From Octopus vulgaris (taxonomy: Eukaryota), in the NCBI GenBank assembly GCA_951406725.2, contig OX597829.1, positions 19,468,001-19,532,000 on the forward strand: 64,000 bases of DNA. The letters are read 5' to 3'. The position numbers and the translations under genes were made by a program. The notes below the pieces were generated by a model. It saw only the letters and a program-made list of their open reading frames with translations, did not search any database and was not told where the DNA came from. The first letter of the stretch is position 1. Each line of letters starts with the position of its first letter. Shown one piece after another: positions 13,187-25,761 of the stretch.

Positions 13187-14655
13187 GTAAGTGCATGATG
13201 TGTTCGGTCAGGGATGTCGATAAGTATGAAAACTATATGGTACTGACAGTTCAGGATGGCAGTGTGAATTGAGTGCTAGAGCCAGGAGCTGTATATAATG
13301 AAATCAGAGACGGTCACAAGTTCAAATGGTTGCCGTCAGTGCGGAATAAGATATGATTGATCTACTACTGGTCGTTCAAAGAGTAATAAGACACCCTATT
13401 AAAATGAGTGATATAGAGATTTGATAAAAAGTAGCTGTAAAAAAATAAAAACATTGACAAAAGAGAGAAGCAGAAAGAATGTCAGATATTAGGTGTCACA
13501 ATATTAAGATATGAGAATACACTGACTGGTTTCAATTACAAATCATTAATACAAACCAGTGAAACAGTTTGTGTTTGATGTGTAAACTTTATATGATGAA
13601 TGCAAGTAAATATACTTGAACTGTTTAACACCTTACAGGTGTGCATATGTGTGTGTATTTGCATGGCTAACACCATAAATATTTCAATATGAAAAATGTG
13701 GAATGTATTTTTGATATATAAAGTTCAAGTTGAAACATGCTTATATAATCTATTTTTGCTTAGGGTGCCTTTAAGCCTGGATTAAGTCAAAAACCTAAAC
13801 TTGTTTGTTCAGTTTTGTTTTTGTTTGTCTAATTTTTAATTCTTAGCTGCTTGCAATATAGGTTTAGATTTATCAGATGAAAACTATTATTAGCTTGTCA
13901 TGGAGTGGTGATGATGTGTCTGTTGTATGTATGTATTACAGTGGTTAGGGCAGCGGACTCGCGGTTGTAGGATCGCGATTTCGATTCCCAGACCGAATGT
14001 TGTCAGTACTTATTGAGCGAAAACACCTAAAGCCCCACGAGGCTCTGGCAGGGGGTGATGGCGATCCCTGCTGTACTCTTTTGCCACAACTTTTTCTCAC
14101 TCTTTCCTCTGTTGGCCTACTCGCTTAGCCAGTGGGGTGGCATCATTTGGAGGCTAAAACAATGCGAAGCACATTGTGACCAGCGATGTGTAGCAACATC
14201 TGATATATATATAGTGTTCAGTAGAAAAATAGCAGACTGCAACAGTATTTCTGTGTTCAAATCTTTCCCTAGTTGACCTTACCTTTTAATTTCCACTTTG
14301 GGTTTCATAATGCTACTACTGGATCCTGTATTTAGAGGCTTAAAGCTAATTTGATTAAAACTACCCCACACTCAAATTTGCAACAAATATAGACTAAAAA
14401 GCCATTGACTTTGTGACCCAATCAACACCTTTTCCTCTTGGTTGTTCAGCAAACAATTCAAAGGTTACTACAAATAATTGTCTCTGTCAGACATGGTGAA
14501 ATGGTCAAATCATTAGGGAATTGGTAGCTAATTCAGATCTTACCGTTATCAACTTGGCTTACATTATTCTAGATTTAATAAAGTACCACTTGGGTTGATT
14601 TATGTTCTTATAATGCATTCTAAATGTGAATGGAATTATTACAGAATGGTATTGT

Positions 14656-14800
14656 GGGCGGTGAGCTGGCAGAAACGTTAGCACGCCAGGCGAAATGCTT
14701 ATCACTATTTCGTTTGCCGTTACGTTCTGAGTTCAAATTCCGCCGAGGTCGACTTTGCCTTTCATCCTTTCGGAGTCGATAAATTAAGTACTAGTTACAG
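14656..14800 (+). mobile_element. SINE family B with central domain gcctttcatcctttcggggtcgataaattaagtaccag (Meta/Nin-like); other copies 3510-3890, 5833-6010, 36690-37115, 52990-53395, 54500-55000, 58615-58856
   Basis: Many similar copies on both strands; head ggcggtgagctggcagaaacgttagc, B-box-like gagttcaaattcc. The domain name is from recall. Confidence 0.75.
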
Positions 14801-15427
14801 TATTATGTCATTTCCTTTTTTTTCTTTTTCTTAAGAGTGATTTGCTAGAGATTTGGCTGCTATTTCCAGCACTCTAAGTGCCCATGTACAGTTCATGCTT
14901 GTATTGATAGGGAGAAAGGATACCTTTTGCTTGAACTGAGTAGTAGTATTTGTTGTAGTTTTGTATGCAGGAGGGACTAAAATAATGGTATTGGTTGCCC
15001 ACTTTACTCAGTCTTAGATGGATTGGAGATAAAATTAAAAAAAAAAAAAAAAGAACAGGGAAAGAGATTATGATAGCTAAGTAAAGACTGGGTTTTAAGG
15101 TAAGATAGAGATCAATAGTGGTGTGTTAGCAAATGTATAAAATAACTTGTGCGGGTAGGATGGCAAATGATCCAGCTTCTACTGTATCGACTGTGTTGGT
15201 TGAGTTCAAAGAGACAGAACAGTTGTGTTTATTGAAACCACTAACAGTAATGACTTGAGGGAGAGAGGTGTAGTGGCAGATGTTACAAAGGTGATGGGCA
15301 TCAGATAAACTTTGTGGAATAGAGCAACTGTAAACCTCTATTACTAATGTCCTGTTTAAACAGTAGGGAAAGTTTATTCTATGTAAGGACTGTGACCCTT
15401 CTTCAGAAACTATACTATAGAATATAT

Positions 15428-16056
15428 CAGTGGTTCTCAACTAGGGTCCATGCAATGAAATAGTAAATTGGGAATCTACAATAAGGGCTTTTTAAAACAA
15501 TTTGCTTTAGGTGTAAGTGTTGATATGTATTACAAAAAACAACTTGGTTTCTTTCTCTGATGTTTTACATAGTTCAACCTACATAAGTTAATGGGTGAAA
15601 AACAAAATAGGAACTTTGAAAGAAGTTTCTATGAAACTATTTTTAAACATTGAATGGCTGTGGGGGTCCACTAGAATAAAATAGTAATGAAAGGTGTCCA
15701 CAGATAAAAAAAAAACAATGAGTCCCTGTTTTAGATGTATGTATTGCAAGAAACAGCTAGGTTTCTTTCTCTAACATTTTACATGCTTCAACCTTCACAA
15801 GTTAATGTGTGATAAACAAAATAGAAATTTTGGAAGAAGTTTCTATAAAATTAATTTTTAAACACTGAATGGCTATGGGGGTTGACCAGAATAAAATGGT
15901 AATCAAAGAGGTCCATTGATTAAAAAATGGTTGAGAACCCCTGCATTAGATGTATTTATTGGCATGTATTGCAAGAAACAGCTAGGTTTCTTTCTCTAAC
16001 ATTTTACGTAGTTCAACCTACTCAAGTTAATGTGTGAAAAACTGGTCAAGAACCTC
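15428..16056. mobile_element. hAT-type MITE with internally duplicated segments; related inverted copy at 61830-62284 and a partial copy at 52638-52855
   Basis: TIRs cagtggttctcaac / gttgagaacccctg; three partial repeats of aacagctaggtttctttctctaacattttac. Confidence 0.65.
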
Positions 16057-17410
16057 CTTTAGAATATATCTTGTACAAAGAGAGGCCGTCGACAAAAGAT
16101 TTTGTGTCTGGTAGACATGTGTGTCTAGGAAAGGAATTATCACTATGTACACAGTCATTAAATGGATATATGTGTTAGACCACCTGCTTATAGCTAGCTA
16201 GTTTATATGTATTACCCTCTCAGCACTTATTTCTTTATGCATCTAGTTCTAATAAATTGGCACCAGGTCATCTGGTAATATAATCTGTACTTATATACTG
16301 CTGACCTATTTAAGCAAGATGTACATTCTGTGTACTTAGTAGTACTAAAGCCAGAATTAAGCACTATTTTTGAAAACCTTTACAGCTCCTGGAGACATTT
16401 TCCTTTGCATCATTCTTAAATTTTCCAATTCTTCATGTTTAGTTCTCTTGTTTTCTCAAGCTTGTCTTTAATTCAAATTATTCATGTAAATCAAAGCTTC
16501 CCAATGTCTATTAGAAAAAAAAATAGAATTTAGAATCAGAAGTTAGCAATTCTCATTTTTTGCACTCTGGAATATAGCTTTTGGTAGAATGCTATTTTAG
16601 TTTTCTATAGTCGTTTTGGTATTTTGTGGTTCCCTCTTCTTTTATTGCTTTCATTTGAGCTTTTTGTTTGAATAAAGTAGAAAGACCATAAAACAAAATA
16701 GATCCAAAAACAAACTATGAAAGAATTCAACAAGTTCATAAAATCATTGAAATGCATCAGGCTCAACTGACAACATGAACAAAAAAAAAAAAGCTGACGG
16801 AATTCCAAGAAACTCCATTGGAAACAACAGAAGATATCAACAAAGAAGATGGGTGATTTGGATAGATTATGAGAAAAAGTTGATGATAGTGTACTCTAAG
16901 CCAAAAGATAAGGAGGAAAATAAATTATAGTAAGGAAGTAATGGCTGAGTCAATGAGAATAATGACTTTCAAATGATAACTTAAATTTAAGACTGTTGCA
17001 GTGAATGCCATGATTTATTAAATCATTTTCAACTTCCAATATACATGTTGTTCTTTTACTCTTTAATCCTTCAGCATTTAAACCAGCCAAAACATTCTAC
17101 CTATTTTTAAGTTCAAACTTGCCAGATCCATCTCCTCACACCTATCCCACATGGTCATTCTAAAAATTACATTCACATCATCCAAATTTCAAAGCTGAAA
17201 GATAATGCATGATTAATTCAAAGTAATGTGAATGAATAAACTTTACATTTGGCAGAGTAATCTGAATGCTAAAGAGTTAAATGTGTATCAACTTATGGTT
17301 AAAATATTACTGTTTTGTGCATGTATTCTATGTGGGACGCAGATTGAATAAGGACTTCTGATCTAATTTATGCTCTTTCTCTTTTTTTCCCTACCTTTCT
17401 CTATTTTTAG

Positions 17411-17490
17411 GCAGCCATTGTCAACCGAAAGTCCTCTAATAGACCGAGAAACAATTAAAATTGTGTATGATAATTGTTCAAAAGGGATTG
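17411..17490 (+). CDS. STXBP4: Exon 2 (QPLSTESPLIDRETIKIVYDNCSKGIG), start of PDZ
   Basis: Long pyrimidine tract + ttttag acceptor, G|gtaagt donor, 80 nt; encodes the start of the carboxylate-binding loop KGIG. Confidence 0.92.
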
Positions 17491-18806
17491 GTAAGTTTAA
17501 AACAATCATTTGATCTTTAATGTAAAAAAAAGGGGTAAAGACCCCCTTTGGTCATGAATGACCATGAGATTACATCTAGAAAGTTCCCCTCTGAGGCTTA
17601 AGTCCGACCAATGTTGTTTATGGAAGACCAACAGTTGCTCGTGCATACCGACCTCCCCTCTCCACACCACTGATGTTATCCAAGGGAAAGGCAAAGGGAG
17701 ATGCAACTTGGCACTAGTGACATCGCAACTCATTTCTACAGATGAGTGAACTGGAGCAACATGACATAAAGTGTCTTGCTCAAGAACACAACATACTACC
17801 TGGTCTCAGAATCAATCTCACTATCTCGTGATTGTGAGCCCAATGCTCTTAACAACTGAGCCATGCACCTTTTATGTAATAACAAAGAAATTAGGGCAAT
17901 AAAATGGTAGTCATCATCATCATTTTATATCCACATTCTATGCCAGTGATTCTCAACTTGATCACATTAGTGGGGCTTGCATATCTCTATGACTCAAAGA
18001 GCTATACCAGCAGGATTTTTATTCTTGGTGAGTCTAATAACCAAGCCAGGTAAATCTGAAACAAATGATTAGAGTATTTGAGAATCACCATCAGAATGGT
18101 TGGAAATCATCATAACAGAATTATAGTTTCAACAAAGGAATCAAATTACTGTATTTTAATGTGTATAAGGAACCCTCAAGTATAACAAAACCCTTAATTT
18201 TGGGGGCTTAAAATTTGGAAAAAAATGCTTTGTAAGGGATTATGATACTATCCATGTATAAGAAACTCACATATTTTTTTAGCCTAATTTTTGACCAAAC
18301 TGGGTTCCTTGAACATGTTAAAATATAGTAATCAATGACCAAGGCAAAAATTACCAAAATGCAGGATGACAGAATCTTATCAATGATATTGTGAAGAGTC
18401 ATCTAGTTCCAAAAATGAACCACTGCTAACATCTGTAAAACTGGCAATTTACATGCGTCATTCAGCCACTGAAAGATTTTATCTGTGTTGGCAATGGTTT
18501 GAAATAGATTTTCTCAAATGTCCAGATGGGTCCCTAGATATAGTTGAAAACTTCTGTTGCCATAGGCAACCAAATCAGTAGTGGAGGTGGATGGTCTGAA
18601 AGTATAGTAACCAGAGTAAGATTGGGATGAAGGAAATTCAGGGAACTATTTACTTCTGCTGCTAACAGAGTTTGTCATTGAGGGAAGAGTAGCTTGTGTA
18701 CCAACAGCAATGCCACATAATAGCAAATTGTGGGTCTTGAATGATATAAATTTGTGAAAACTAGAAAGAAATAAAAGGAGCATACCTGCTGGAATGTATA
18801 TGAATA

Positions 18807-19071
18807 CAGGGTAGTATCAAAAAGTTCCTGGTCTCTCTCTTTACTCTTTTTACTTTTTTACTTGTTTCAGTCATATGACTGTGACCATGCTGGAGCACTG
18901 CCTTTAGTCGAGCAAATCAACCCCAGGACTTATTCTTTGTAAGCCTAGTACTTATTCTATCAGTCTCTTTTGCCGAATTGCTAAGTTACGGGGGTGTAAA
19001 CACACCAGCATTGGTTGTCAAGTGATGTTGGGGGACAAACACAGACACACACATATATACATGTGTGTGTG

Positions 19072-19125
<54 letters not shown>

Positions 19126-19968
19126 CATAGATATATACAACTGGCTTCTTTCAGTTTCTGTCTACCAAATCCACTCACAAGGCTTTGGTCGGCCCAAGGC
19201 TATAGTAGAAAACACTTGCCCGAGGTGCCACACAGTGGCACTGAACCCAGAACCATGTGGGTGGTAAGCAAGCTACTTACTACATAGCCACTCGTATGCC
19301 ATGTTTGATAAAAAATAACTTATTTACTTAAATTTTAACATCATCTCTTTTGCAATAGTCACCTTACACAGCAAAGTATTCCTGTCACTTCTGGAATCCA
19401 ACCTGGTAGTTGTTTTCCATAAGTGAATTGAGGTCCTGCAATTCACTCTGGATCTTGACAAGTGTTAAAATGGCAACCATTCAGTTGCATTTTCATCTTG
19501 GGAAAGAGATGGAAGTTTACAGGTGGTAAAGTTGGTGAATATGGCAGGTGCAGAAGCAATACCACATTTTCAGGGGTAACACTCATGGCAGGTCTTCCAG
19601 ATCACCCATTGTCTTCCAGGGACATTCTTTCACTTTTGAAGTACCTGTGCCACTCAAAACATAGTGTACAACCCATTGCCTCATTTCTGTAAGCTTGCTA
19701 AAGCATGCTCAATGTCTCTGTAGCAGACTTCCCAAGTTTAGCACAAACTATCATGTTGGCTCTTTACTCCTGTCCATGACAAAATCGCAGAATACAACAC
19801 ACATGTGATCACAGAAACACAAATTTCACAACTTGTGAAGTAAACACAGTGATGTCACTCAGAAAACTGCCTCATGAAGGTCACTGCTAGCTCTCACTGA
19901 GCACACAACAATGTGCTGCCATCTGTTGGCACACTACTGAACTAGTTTGGGAACTTTTTGATTCCACA
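18807..19968 (-). mobile_element. Internally deleted mariner element with a family A SINE inserted at ~18840-19295
   Basis: TA + cagggtagtatcaaaaagttcc at 18807 and ggaactttttgattccac at ~19950; the minus strand near 19340-19400 reads FQK*QEYFAV*GDYCKRD, like a mariner transposase C-terminus. Confidence 0.65.
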
Positions 19969-21750
19969 GAAATGAGCTGCAATAAAAATTGGATATAAGA
20001 GGAATCAGATGTAGTTGGTATATGAAAGAGAGAACACTATAATGGTACAGGCATGTGATGTGTATGGAAGATAACAGCTGTATAAGGAAGTGCTGGGTAC
20101 TCAGAATGGTAACGTACAAGATCTAATTAATGTAGGCACTGTTTTCATTACAGCCTTTCTGAGAATCAAATGAAACCAGTTAAAGAATAGTTCAATTGGA
20201 ACTTAAGAATAAACATAATTTATTTCTCACCACAGTAATTCCATATGAGAATTTGGATACAGTGTTTCAATATAAATAGTTGCTTCTTACAAGAGTGCTT
20301 CTGCTGTTAGAAGTATGAACTGTGCCACGAAATTGTGGCTATTTTTCGCAGTGCCAGTGAAGGGATATGTAATGTTATTCCTTCAGCTTGCCACATCATC
20401 ATCATCATTTAACATCCATTGTCCATGCTGACATGGGTTGGACTATTTGACTGGGCCGACATGCTGGAAGGCTGCACCAGGATCCAGTCTGATTTGGCAT
20501 AGTTTTTTATGGCTGGTTGCCCTTCCTAACACCAGCCACTCCGAGAGTGTAATGGGTGCTTTTACATGCCACTGGTACAGGTGTCATTTGCATGACATTG
20601 GTATCTGCTATGACTGCAATTTTGCTCAGCTTGATGGGTCTTCTTCTCAAGCATGACATAATGCCAAAGGTCTTGGTCATTGCTTCTGTGAGGTTCAACA
20701 CTTGAAAGGAGCTTGGCCACTTGCCTCCATGAGGCCTAATGCTCAAAAGGAACTCTGCCACATCACCTGTGAGGCCCAACACTCTTTTATTTTCCTTAAT
20801 TACTATGTATTGCAGAATATTAAATAATATTCTAAACCTAGTGAATGCGGGTGTTGATTAAGGGAAATTCTACCACAACCTTACTGAGAATAATTTCATA
20901 AGAACATTAGTAACATAGATAAAATGTTTTTCAAAAGGAATCACCAACTTGTCTCTAAATAGTTTCTCTATTCAAATTTATGGTACTTTCAAATTCCTCA
21001 GCAAGATTTGATATTCCATAAAATTGTTCTGGTTTCAGTAGGCAGCACTTTACTTAATTCGTGTAACATGATTCACTACATACAAAGACATAAATATCTA
21101 ACCACTTCATTTTTCCCTTTCATTGTACATGTTGTTGCATAAGTCCTGATGAAGCAGATCTGTTGTAAATGGCCTTCAAGCTGTAACCACTTTTTCTTCA
21201 ATAGTATGTATGTGTGTGCCATCACCATTTAGCATGGGTTAGACAGGAAATGGTAAGCTGGAGAGCTGCACCAAGCTCCCATCCATTTTGGCTTGGTTTC
21301 TATGTCTGGATGCCCTTCCCAATGTCAACCACTCTACAGTTTGTAGCAGGTGCTTTTTATGCCACCGGCACTGGCCAAGGCTACAACTTCACTTAGCTTG
21401 ACATGTTTCTCAAACACAGCAAATCACCAAAGACCTCAATCACTTCTCATTGCCTTTATGACACTCAACATCCCAAAATCATATTCCACCACCTCATCCC
21501 ATGTCTTCCTGGGCCTACCTCTTTCGCGGGTTCCCTCCACAGAGATTGTCTCTTCTTTACACACTACACCTGATGTCTCTTACACACAATTTTTCTCTTA
21601 AGACACTTAAGACTCAACCATACATGCACTGACGTTGCACATCCAGTAAATACATACACACCATACATATAGTTATATTATTCAATGTATTCATTGTTTT
21701 AAAATAGGGTATTGACTGCTCTTTCTAGTATGTTGCGTGACCACATAGAA

Positions 21751-22057
21751 CAGGCCTGGCCAACTCTCATTACATTGCAGGCCATTTTAATCACAAAGTT
21801 TTTTGAGAACCACTTGATTTGAAAACATATTGCTTTCTCCTGCTATTATTACATTAAGGAATGAATGATCATTGATTCAACATGAAATATTATCGTTGCA
21901 AAAACAGCAGAATCTTTCTTTTTTACTTTTCATTACAATCATTAATTTTTGATAAAATTTTAAAATTGTTTGTTTAAATAAATGCATTTCAAAAAAGTAT
22001 CAAGTGGGCTGCAAGATAAAAGTCTGCAGCCCACGGGCCTCAAGTTGGCCAGCCCTG
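21751..22057. mobile_element. hAT-type MITE
   Basis: TIR caggcctggccaact / agttggccagccctg; flanks share atagaa (decayed TSD). Confidence 0.7.
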
Positions 22058-22303
22058 TATAGAATCTTCTTTGATGACCAATAAGAATCCTTCATTAGTT
22101 TGTTTGTCATTATACTGATAGTCTCCTTGAAAGAAATGTGAAATATTTCTGGAGTTAATAAAGTGATAGTTTGCTGGAAATTAAATCAACTTGGGTTTGC
22201 AGATATCTAATTGTTACTCAGTATTGAAAAAATACTTTTTCCTTATTGCCTGAATTTCTGCTTTTATTATTATTATTTTTTAAAAAATCTTTTTTACCCT
22301 CAG

Positions 22304-22399
22304 GTTTACAAATTATTGGTGGCACTACACGGAATGGGGATACTACCCACGGGATATTTGTGAAGAAGCTTCTTCCTAATGGGATTGCAAAAACAGAAG
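22304..22399 (+). CDS. STXBP4: Exon 3 (LQIIGGTTRNGDTTHGIFVKKLLPNGIAKTEG), PDZ
   Basis: ccctcag acceptor, G|gtatgt donor, 96 nt; typical PDZ betaB-betaC-alphaA motif. Confidence 0.95.
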
Positions 22400-23269
22400 G
22401 TATGTTGAAACTATTTTAGCAGGCTTATATTTAACAGCTCTTGAAGAATATATCCACTTCCTAAATCAGATCGAATATATCCACTTCTTAAAAAAGAATT
22501 ATTGGCTAAAAGATGATTTTTTTTCATATTCTGGTTTATACTACAAGTTCAATTTTTATGCTAAATGTACTGTTATTTAAATATTAGTATGTGTCTTATA
22601 AAATAAGGTACAAGTTTTTCTTATTGTAATGTCTAGCATATAACAAGTGCATACATGTGAGACATGGTCCTCAACCCATCTAAAAGACAATAACTCCAGT
22701 CGTGGAAAATCCACCAGAAGAAATTCCATCTGAGCTATGAGAACATAAAAAAGAGCACACTAAAACGACAATGATGATTACACACACACAGACCCTGGTT
22801 TTATTCTTGCCTGGCAGTTCCTTTTAAAAACATTTAAATGCCAAATATGAATGAGTGAAGACCATGTATTTTAGTTTTCAATACGATATTGAAATGGTAG
22901 AAATAGATAAACTTGTTTTTTTTTTTCAAGTTTCATCCTTAAAAACTTATTGATATACTTTCACTTCTTTTGCATTTTGTCTTTGGGATGTTGTTGTTAT
23001 TGGAAATACGTAAACGGAAATATCAAAATATTAGTCATGGGAGAATGTTACTTCCTTTCTTCCATTTTTCCCCCCAACAATACAGTGTAGTAAATACTTG
23101 GAATGCTTCCAGAATTTTCCATTTTCAAGTGAATATTAGTTAATGTCAAAAACTTGTATTTCTGTACCATTATTTCTATATATAAATATTTGGTTTGTTC
23201 CATCCATAGGAGTTAAATCTTCTGTCTGGCACCAAATGGAGGTAGGAGCATTGCAAAAACTGTTCTATG

Positions 23270-24210
23270 TTATTGTTGTTGTCATTTGTTGTTGCTGTTG
23301 TCCAATCCTAATTGAACAAGACCTATAATGAATGGGTGATTTGGTTGCTATTCAGATCCAGATCAATGTTGATCAGTCAGATCTCAATGATCAGACATTT
23401 CAATCAGAGCCACCCCAAGTTTTTCCCTATGTACAGGGAACTTAGTGGTCACATTGTCTAATGTGTCCCCTTCTGAGATAAGAGAGTGCAGTTTGAGGCT
23501 GCTATTTCTGGTCTACTACACAACCATGTAGAGCAGTGGCTCTCAACCTTTCTAATATCTGGGCCAGATCCAAAACTAGGATTTTTTAGGGGTTCTGCAC
23601 CAAACATAAGTCAATAAAAAAAAAAATTTATATTTATAGAGGGAAGACCTTCAAGGGCCACCAGAAGGATGCTTGAAGGTCACATGTGGCCCTGGTAACC
23701 CCAGTTGAGAACCACTGAAATAGAGACTTCCTCATTACGTTGTTGTTGTTGTTGTTGTTCTTATTTAGTCCCAGATCAACTATGATCAAGCAAACATGAT
23801 CAAAAGCATTTTATCCATGACTTCCCCATCCTCTTCAGAGTTTATCTGGGACTACATTATGTATTGTCCTTCCTTCCATCTTTTCGAAGAAGACCTGCTG
23901 TGATGTAAAGAAAATTTTGCTGTTGTCTCTAGCAAGTTGAGAAACCACATAGTCCCTTTGATGTTGTTTGTGTTGTCTGTTGGTGTTATTTGTGTTATAT
24001 TCTTTAGAACAAAGACAGCCCTGGTAAAGCATACCTATGATCAAAGACTTTCCAGCCACGATCAGCACATCTTTTATACTATGTGCAGGCAACTTGAGAA
24101 CCACATAATCCATGTCATTTTTTAAGACGAGCAGAGAGTATTATTTGAGAGATATTTAGCTGCTATTTTTAGCAGTTAAGTAATTATGTAGTGGTTCCCT
24201 TGTTGGCTCT
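23270..24210 (-). mobile_element. Tandem decayed copies of retroposon family F ((CAA)n tail; head with a CTGCTA-GAAA-TAGCAG hairpin)
   Basis: Recurrent gttgttgtt...gacctatgatcaaa...cacattatccaatgtgtcc...ttggctgctatttctagc blocks; further copies at 7010-7185, 14848-14895, 30200-30248, 39527-39785, 41850-42085, 52480-52637. Confidence 0.6.
23534..23717. mobile_element. hAT-type MITE
   Basis: TIR cagtggctctcaac / gttgagaaccactg; 8-bp flanks atgtagag / aaatagag. Confidence 0.72.
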
Positions 24211-25466
24211 GTCTCTTCTTCCTCTTGTTGTTGTTTAGCACTAGGCTGCTCATTGATAAGTGTATGTAGGTGGTCAGTCAAATGATTCTGTCCAATCGGC
24301 TGATTTATTGTTCCTGATATACCATGATGCCTTCTAACTGAGCACTCTGCTGCACACAAATGTATGTCCTAACATGAAATTTTTTAAAAAGATGACTGGA
24401 ATTTTAGAAAATTTATATTAACAGAAAAATGTAACCACAGAAGACTGTAAAAACAAAACCTTTTAATTAACATGATAATGTAAGTTGAGTCATGGCCAGT
24501 GTCAGTGTTGTGTAACTGGCACCCATGCTAGTGGCATGTAAAAAGCACCCATTACACTCTTGGAGTAAAATAAATAAATAAATGCACCCTTTTAAAGCCC
24601 AGCCAGGCTCATGGGCCTGGTTTCCCGGTTTGTATGGCATATGTGTTCCCCAGCTGGACAGGACGCCAGTCCATCGCAGCATTACTCATTTTTGCCAGCT
24701 GAGTGGACCGGAGCAATGTGAAATGAAGTGTTTTGCTCAAGAACACAACACATCACCCAGTCCAGGAATCGAAACCACAATTTTACGATCATGATGCTGA
24801 CACCCTAACCACTAAGCCACGCGCCTCCACACATTCTTGGAGTGGTTAACGTAAAGAAAGGCATCCAGCCATAAAAACCATGCCAAATCAGACTGGAACC
24901 TATGGCCTTACCACTTCTAACCCATGCCAGCATCCAAATGATAATAATGATACAGACATCCATATTATTCATCTTAAATGCTCTGCTGTTACCGGTACAA
25001 TGCAAACTTACACTTGTACTCATTGTCTGAACATAAACAAGTTGCAAGACAAGAACAAGCCATTTTATACAAATGATGATGCAGGTGTTGCTGTGTTATA
25101 AGAAGTTTGCTCTCCAACCCACGTTTTGGGGTTCAATCCCACTGCATGGTATTTTGCACGTGTGTTGTCTTCTACAATCCCAGGCCTTGTGAGTGGATTT
25201 GGTTGACAGGAACTCAAAGAAGCTCATCTTCTGTGTGTGTGTGTGTTACTATCTTAACATCACATAATCTTATATAAAATAGACTTATGTGTGTATTCGC
25301 TTTTCATGCAAAAACAGCTGTGTGAATTGCTTCCATATTTGGGATGCATGAATAACTTGACCTTGGATACATAATAGGGTCACCAGTTTATTTTTTTATT
25401 AAAAATAAATAACATTGCCACATTATTTACATTTGATGGATATTTGTCCTCATCTTGTTTGTTGTT

Positions 25467-25512
25467 AATACAACATTTCGGCTGATATACCCTCCAGCTT
25501 TCATCAGGTGTC
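25467..25512 (-). ncRNA. Minimal type I hammerhead ribozyme motif (decayed copy)
   Basis: GACAC CTGATGA AAGCTG GAGGGTATAT CAGCC GAAA TGTT GTATT. Confidence 0.65.
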
Positions 25513-25715
25513 TTGAGGAAATTTTGAACCTGGGTTCTCATTCCTAAGGTATTTTTTCCAATGCTATTATTATTATTATTATTATTCAGGTCACTGCCTG
25601 GAATCAAACTCAGAATCTTGGGCTTAAGATCATGGGCTACTGAATAATAATAGTAATAATAACATTGAAAAGAAAATACCTTAGGAATGAGAACCCAGGT
25701 TTGAAATTTCCCCAA

Positions 25716-25761
25716 GACACCTGATGAAAGCTGGAGGGTATATCAGCCAAAATGTTGTGTT
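25716..25761 (+). ncRNA. Minimal type I hammerhead ribozyme motif (core GAAA mutated to AAAA)
   Basis: GACAC CTGATGA AAGCTG GAGGGTATAT CAGCC AAAA TGTT GTGTT. Confidence 0.55.

Noticed and set aside
13192-13250. Possible C/D snoRNA (ATGATG...CTGA)
   Set aside because: Imperfect C box, no convincing terminal stem and no recognisable rRNA/snRNA guide
16680-16870. Coding-looking purine-rich stretch (DPKTNYERIQQVHKIIEMHQAQL)
   Set aside because: Interrupted by a stop and a poly-A run, no phase-compatible splice sites and no recognisable homology
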